Assembly (NCBI RefSeq): GCF_964188315.1
Contig: NC_135664.1
Coordinates: 28,644,001-28,708,000 of the forward strand
Direction: 5' to 3'
Origin: Podarcis muralis
Lineage: Eukaryota
DNA: 64,000 nucleotides
Shown: positions 61,171 through 64,000 of the stretch, piece by piece
Position numbering within the stretch: the first letter of the stretch is position 1
How the letters are laid out: each line of letters starts with the position of its first letter
Translations under genes and position numbers: made by a program
Notes under the pieces: model-generated
What the model was told of the DNA's origin: nothing
What the model saw: the letters and a program-made list of their open reading frames with translations, nothing else
Databases searched by the model: none

Positions 61171-61322
61171 CTACAACACCCACCATAACTGAGCACTGGC
61201 CATGTGAATTGATAAGAGTTGTAGGCTTCCCATTCTTGTCATATAAATCATACCATAGGAGTATGCTAGGAGATGGGTACGCTACCTAGATAACTGAAGC
61301 AGGATTCAACATGTATAAAACA

Positions 61323-61805
61323 CACACACGAAAGCTTATACCCAGAAAAAACTTAGTTGGTCTCTAAGGTGCTACTAGGGATGTGGGTGGCGCTGTGGTC
61401 TAAACCACTGACGCTCTTGGGCTTGCTGATCAGAAGGTCGGCGGTTCGAATCCCTGCGACGGGGTGAGCTCCTGTTGTTCGGTCCCTGCTCCTGCCAACC
61501 TAGCAGTTCGAAAGCACGTCAGTGCAAGTAGATAAATAGGTACCGCTCCAGCGGGAAAGTAAATGGCTTTTCCGTGTGCTGCTCTGCTTCACCAGAAAGT
61601 GGCTTGGTCATGCTGGCCACATGACCCAGAAAAACTGTCCGTAGAGAAACGTCAGCTCCCTTGGCCAGTAAAGCGACACAACCCCAGAGTCGTCTGCGAC
61701 TGGACCTAACGGTCAGGGGTCCCTTTACCCTTTACCTTTAAGGTTCTACTGGACAATTTTTTTATATATTTTGACTGTGTCAGACCAACACAGCTACCTA
61801 CCTGA
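61323..61805 (+). mobile_element. Penelope-like pseudo-LTR remnant interrupted by a SINE
   Basis: cacacgaaagcttatacc...ttagttggtctctaaggtgctact | ggacaatttttt...gaccaacacagctaccta matches the 14058-14266 family; TSD atgtataaaaca/atgtaaaaaaca. Confidence 0.75.
61377..61738 (+). mobile_element. Full-length Sauria-type SINE
   Basis: TSD taaggtgctact/taaggttctact; B-box GTTCGAATCC; ACCTTT tail. Confidence 0.9.
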
Positions 61806-63109
61806 ATGTAAAAAACAGTGAACCTCCCCCCTCCCTTTTTTAAAAAATCAAATCATTAGGTCCTCTAAGACTTGCTTCGATGGTTACTACATTGTTTCTG
61901 GAATAGTTGTATCTGACCATAGCCTGCCTTTTTAGTGTCAGGCTTCAGCCCTGCTCAGACCTCGAACCTCTAGCCAGCTGCACAATTCTATGATTTTGAA
62001 GCAGACAAAGATTACTGAACTGCTGAAAAATTCAAAAAATGCAGTTCCAGCCTGAAAACACACACACACTTTTTTCTTTTTACTTATACACATCTATCTT
62101 CCTTGTGTCATTGTGATTAATGGCACGTAAGTCTTGTAAATTTATTTCTGTGGTTTCTTTGTTTACTGTCTTGTCTTTTTTCCTAAAAGAAAAAGAAAAA
62201 AAAGGCATTATTTATCAATGTGAGCTGCAGAGGCTGAGCCTTGTCCAGTAATCTCTGGGGCTGCACAATCAATTCAATTTAATTTGGTTTTTATAGGAAA
62301 CCTTCTGAAATGGACATTGCCCAGGAACTAAGCTTGTATATTGCGCTTTGGTAAAAGTAACCCCAAAGTCATTAAAAACCTATCTAAAGAACATGAGGGA
62401 AAAGGCCTTTGTGAACATCAAACTAGCTCAGGCTTGATTAGTAGGTGAAGCCAAATTTTATATATATATATTCTCACACAAACACACACACCTGTAGGAA
62501 CACATTCAAAGTCCTCTCTCAAAATAGCAAAGGAATAGTACAATGACCCTAAGCTCATTACTTGGAAGCGAATTTCACTGAAACACATATTTACTAATAT
62601 TCACAACATGTTACCTGCGAGTACATCCTATTAAATCAATAGGGTTAATTTCTCAGTAATGTGTTCCTAGGTACTTGGGGAAATACGAATCCACAGAAAT
62701 TCCCTCTGCAATGGCTGAGAAACATGCTGTTCTATTCCTGCGTCGATTTTCACACTTTTTGCACAATGAATGAATATCAAGTAGCAGGGTCGGCATATGG
62801 ACCTCTGAAATTAAGCATGCATATTGTGAAAATCATGATTCATTCATTTTATTAGTCACTTGACACATAAGGAGACTCCAAGCACCTTACAGAGTCATTA
62901 TTTTTATTTATCAAATTTGCACACTGCCTTGCATCCGTAGGCCTTATAGCGATTCATAAAGTCATGCATATGTCTTCATATGTGCATGTAGCCATATATG
63001 CATATTCCATAAATATGGTGCTTTTGATAGCACTGCTGTGCTGCTTTGTATATTGCCCTGAGACACAAGGCTGGACTACTGTGCTGGGTTGCTCACAAGG
63101 CTTCCTTAT

Positions 63110-63413
63110 GAGAACATAAGAGGAGCCTGTTGCATCAGGCCAATGGCCCATCTAATCTAACTTCCTGTCAACTCGATGTCTGTGGGAAACCTGCAACCAG
63201 CACCCGAGTAACAGGAGCACTCTCCCCTCCTGTGGTTTCCAGCAGCTGCTATTCAGAAGCATTACTGCCTGGGACTGTAGAGTTCAGAGCTCAGGGATCA
63301 TGGCTAGTAGCCATCGAGAGCCTGATCCTCCAATTCTCTTCCAAAGCCATCCAATTTGGTGGATCCTCATTGCCTTCTGTGGGACTGGGAGTGAGTTCCA
63401 TAGTTTAACTATG
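63110..63413 (-). mobile_element. CR1-like 3' fragment (old)
   Basis: aacataagaggagcc...atcaggccaatggcccatcta, typical reversed CR1 end. Confidence 0.6.
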
Positions 63414-63422
63414 AGATGCATA

Positions 63423-63848
63423 CCGTATTTTTCGCTCTATAAGACACACTTTTCCCCCTCCAAAAATTAAGGGGAAATGTGTGTGCGTATTATGGAGTGA
63501 ATGCAGGTTCCATGGCTTCAGCGAAAGCAACGCAAAGCCTCCGGAGCACAGCAGGAGCGCTCCCGCTGCGCTCCGGATGCTTCGGGCAGCTATCCCTGAA
63601 GCCAGGAGAGCAAGAGGGGGTGGTGCTCTCCTGGCTTCACCTCGCTGGAGAGGCACTGTGCAGCTTTCCCTCTCTGCGCAGCGCCCCTTCAGCGAAGTGG
63701 GAGGAGAAATGGAAGGGGCTCCGTTTCTCCTGCCGCTTCGCTGAAGGGGCGCTGCGCAGAGAGGGAGAGATTTTTTTTTCCTTGTTCTCCCCCTCTAAAA
63801 CTAGGTGTGTCTTATGGTCGGGTGCGTCCTATAGAGCGAAAAATACGG
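63423..63848. mobile_element. Tc1/mariner (Tc2-like) MITE, CpG-rich
   Basis: TIR CCGTATTTTTCGCTCTATA perfect over 19 bp; TA TSD. Confidence 0.88.
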
Positions 63849-64000
63849 TAGTTAAGAGGAGAAAACATTGCTGCACCACTAGGTGAAGGAGGGCTCACTG
63901 AGACCACCTTGCACAGGGGCCCCCTAAACTCCAAAACTGGCACTGATATCAATGCCTCCTTACAGTCGAAGCAGGGATTCAAATCTGGGTTAGATCCAAT

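Overview
Vertebrate genomic DNA from a squamate reptile, most likely a lacertid lizard (inferred from Sauria-type SINEs, Bov-B/RTE, CR1, L2 and Penelope-like repeats). The only host gene is SLC38A2 (SNAT2, Na+-coupled neutral amino-acid transporter) on the minus strand. I traced 15 GT-AG coding exons by hand from the ATG at 11085 to position 1. They form one open frame of 498 codons, and the last few codons lie outside the window. Intron 1 has an amino-acid-response element (C/EBP-ATF site plus a TGACAAT box), and the promoter CpG island has a CRE-like site. A second, gene-less CpG island at about 19.4-20.5 kb carries stress-type motifs. The remaining ~43 kb is repeat-rich with no recognisable host exons and one 259-N assembly gap. 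The most notable non-gene features are (1) a perfect 78-bp-arm palindrome from a Penelope-like element, with a minimal hammerhead ribozyme on each strand just upstream of SLC38A2, and (2) a Bov-B insertion with twin-priming-like 5' inversion geometry nested in a SINE tail. Family names and orthology come from memory of these families, not from a database search. I found no evidence of a new multi-gene system.
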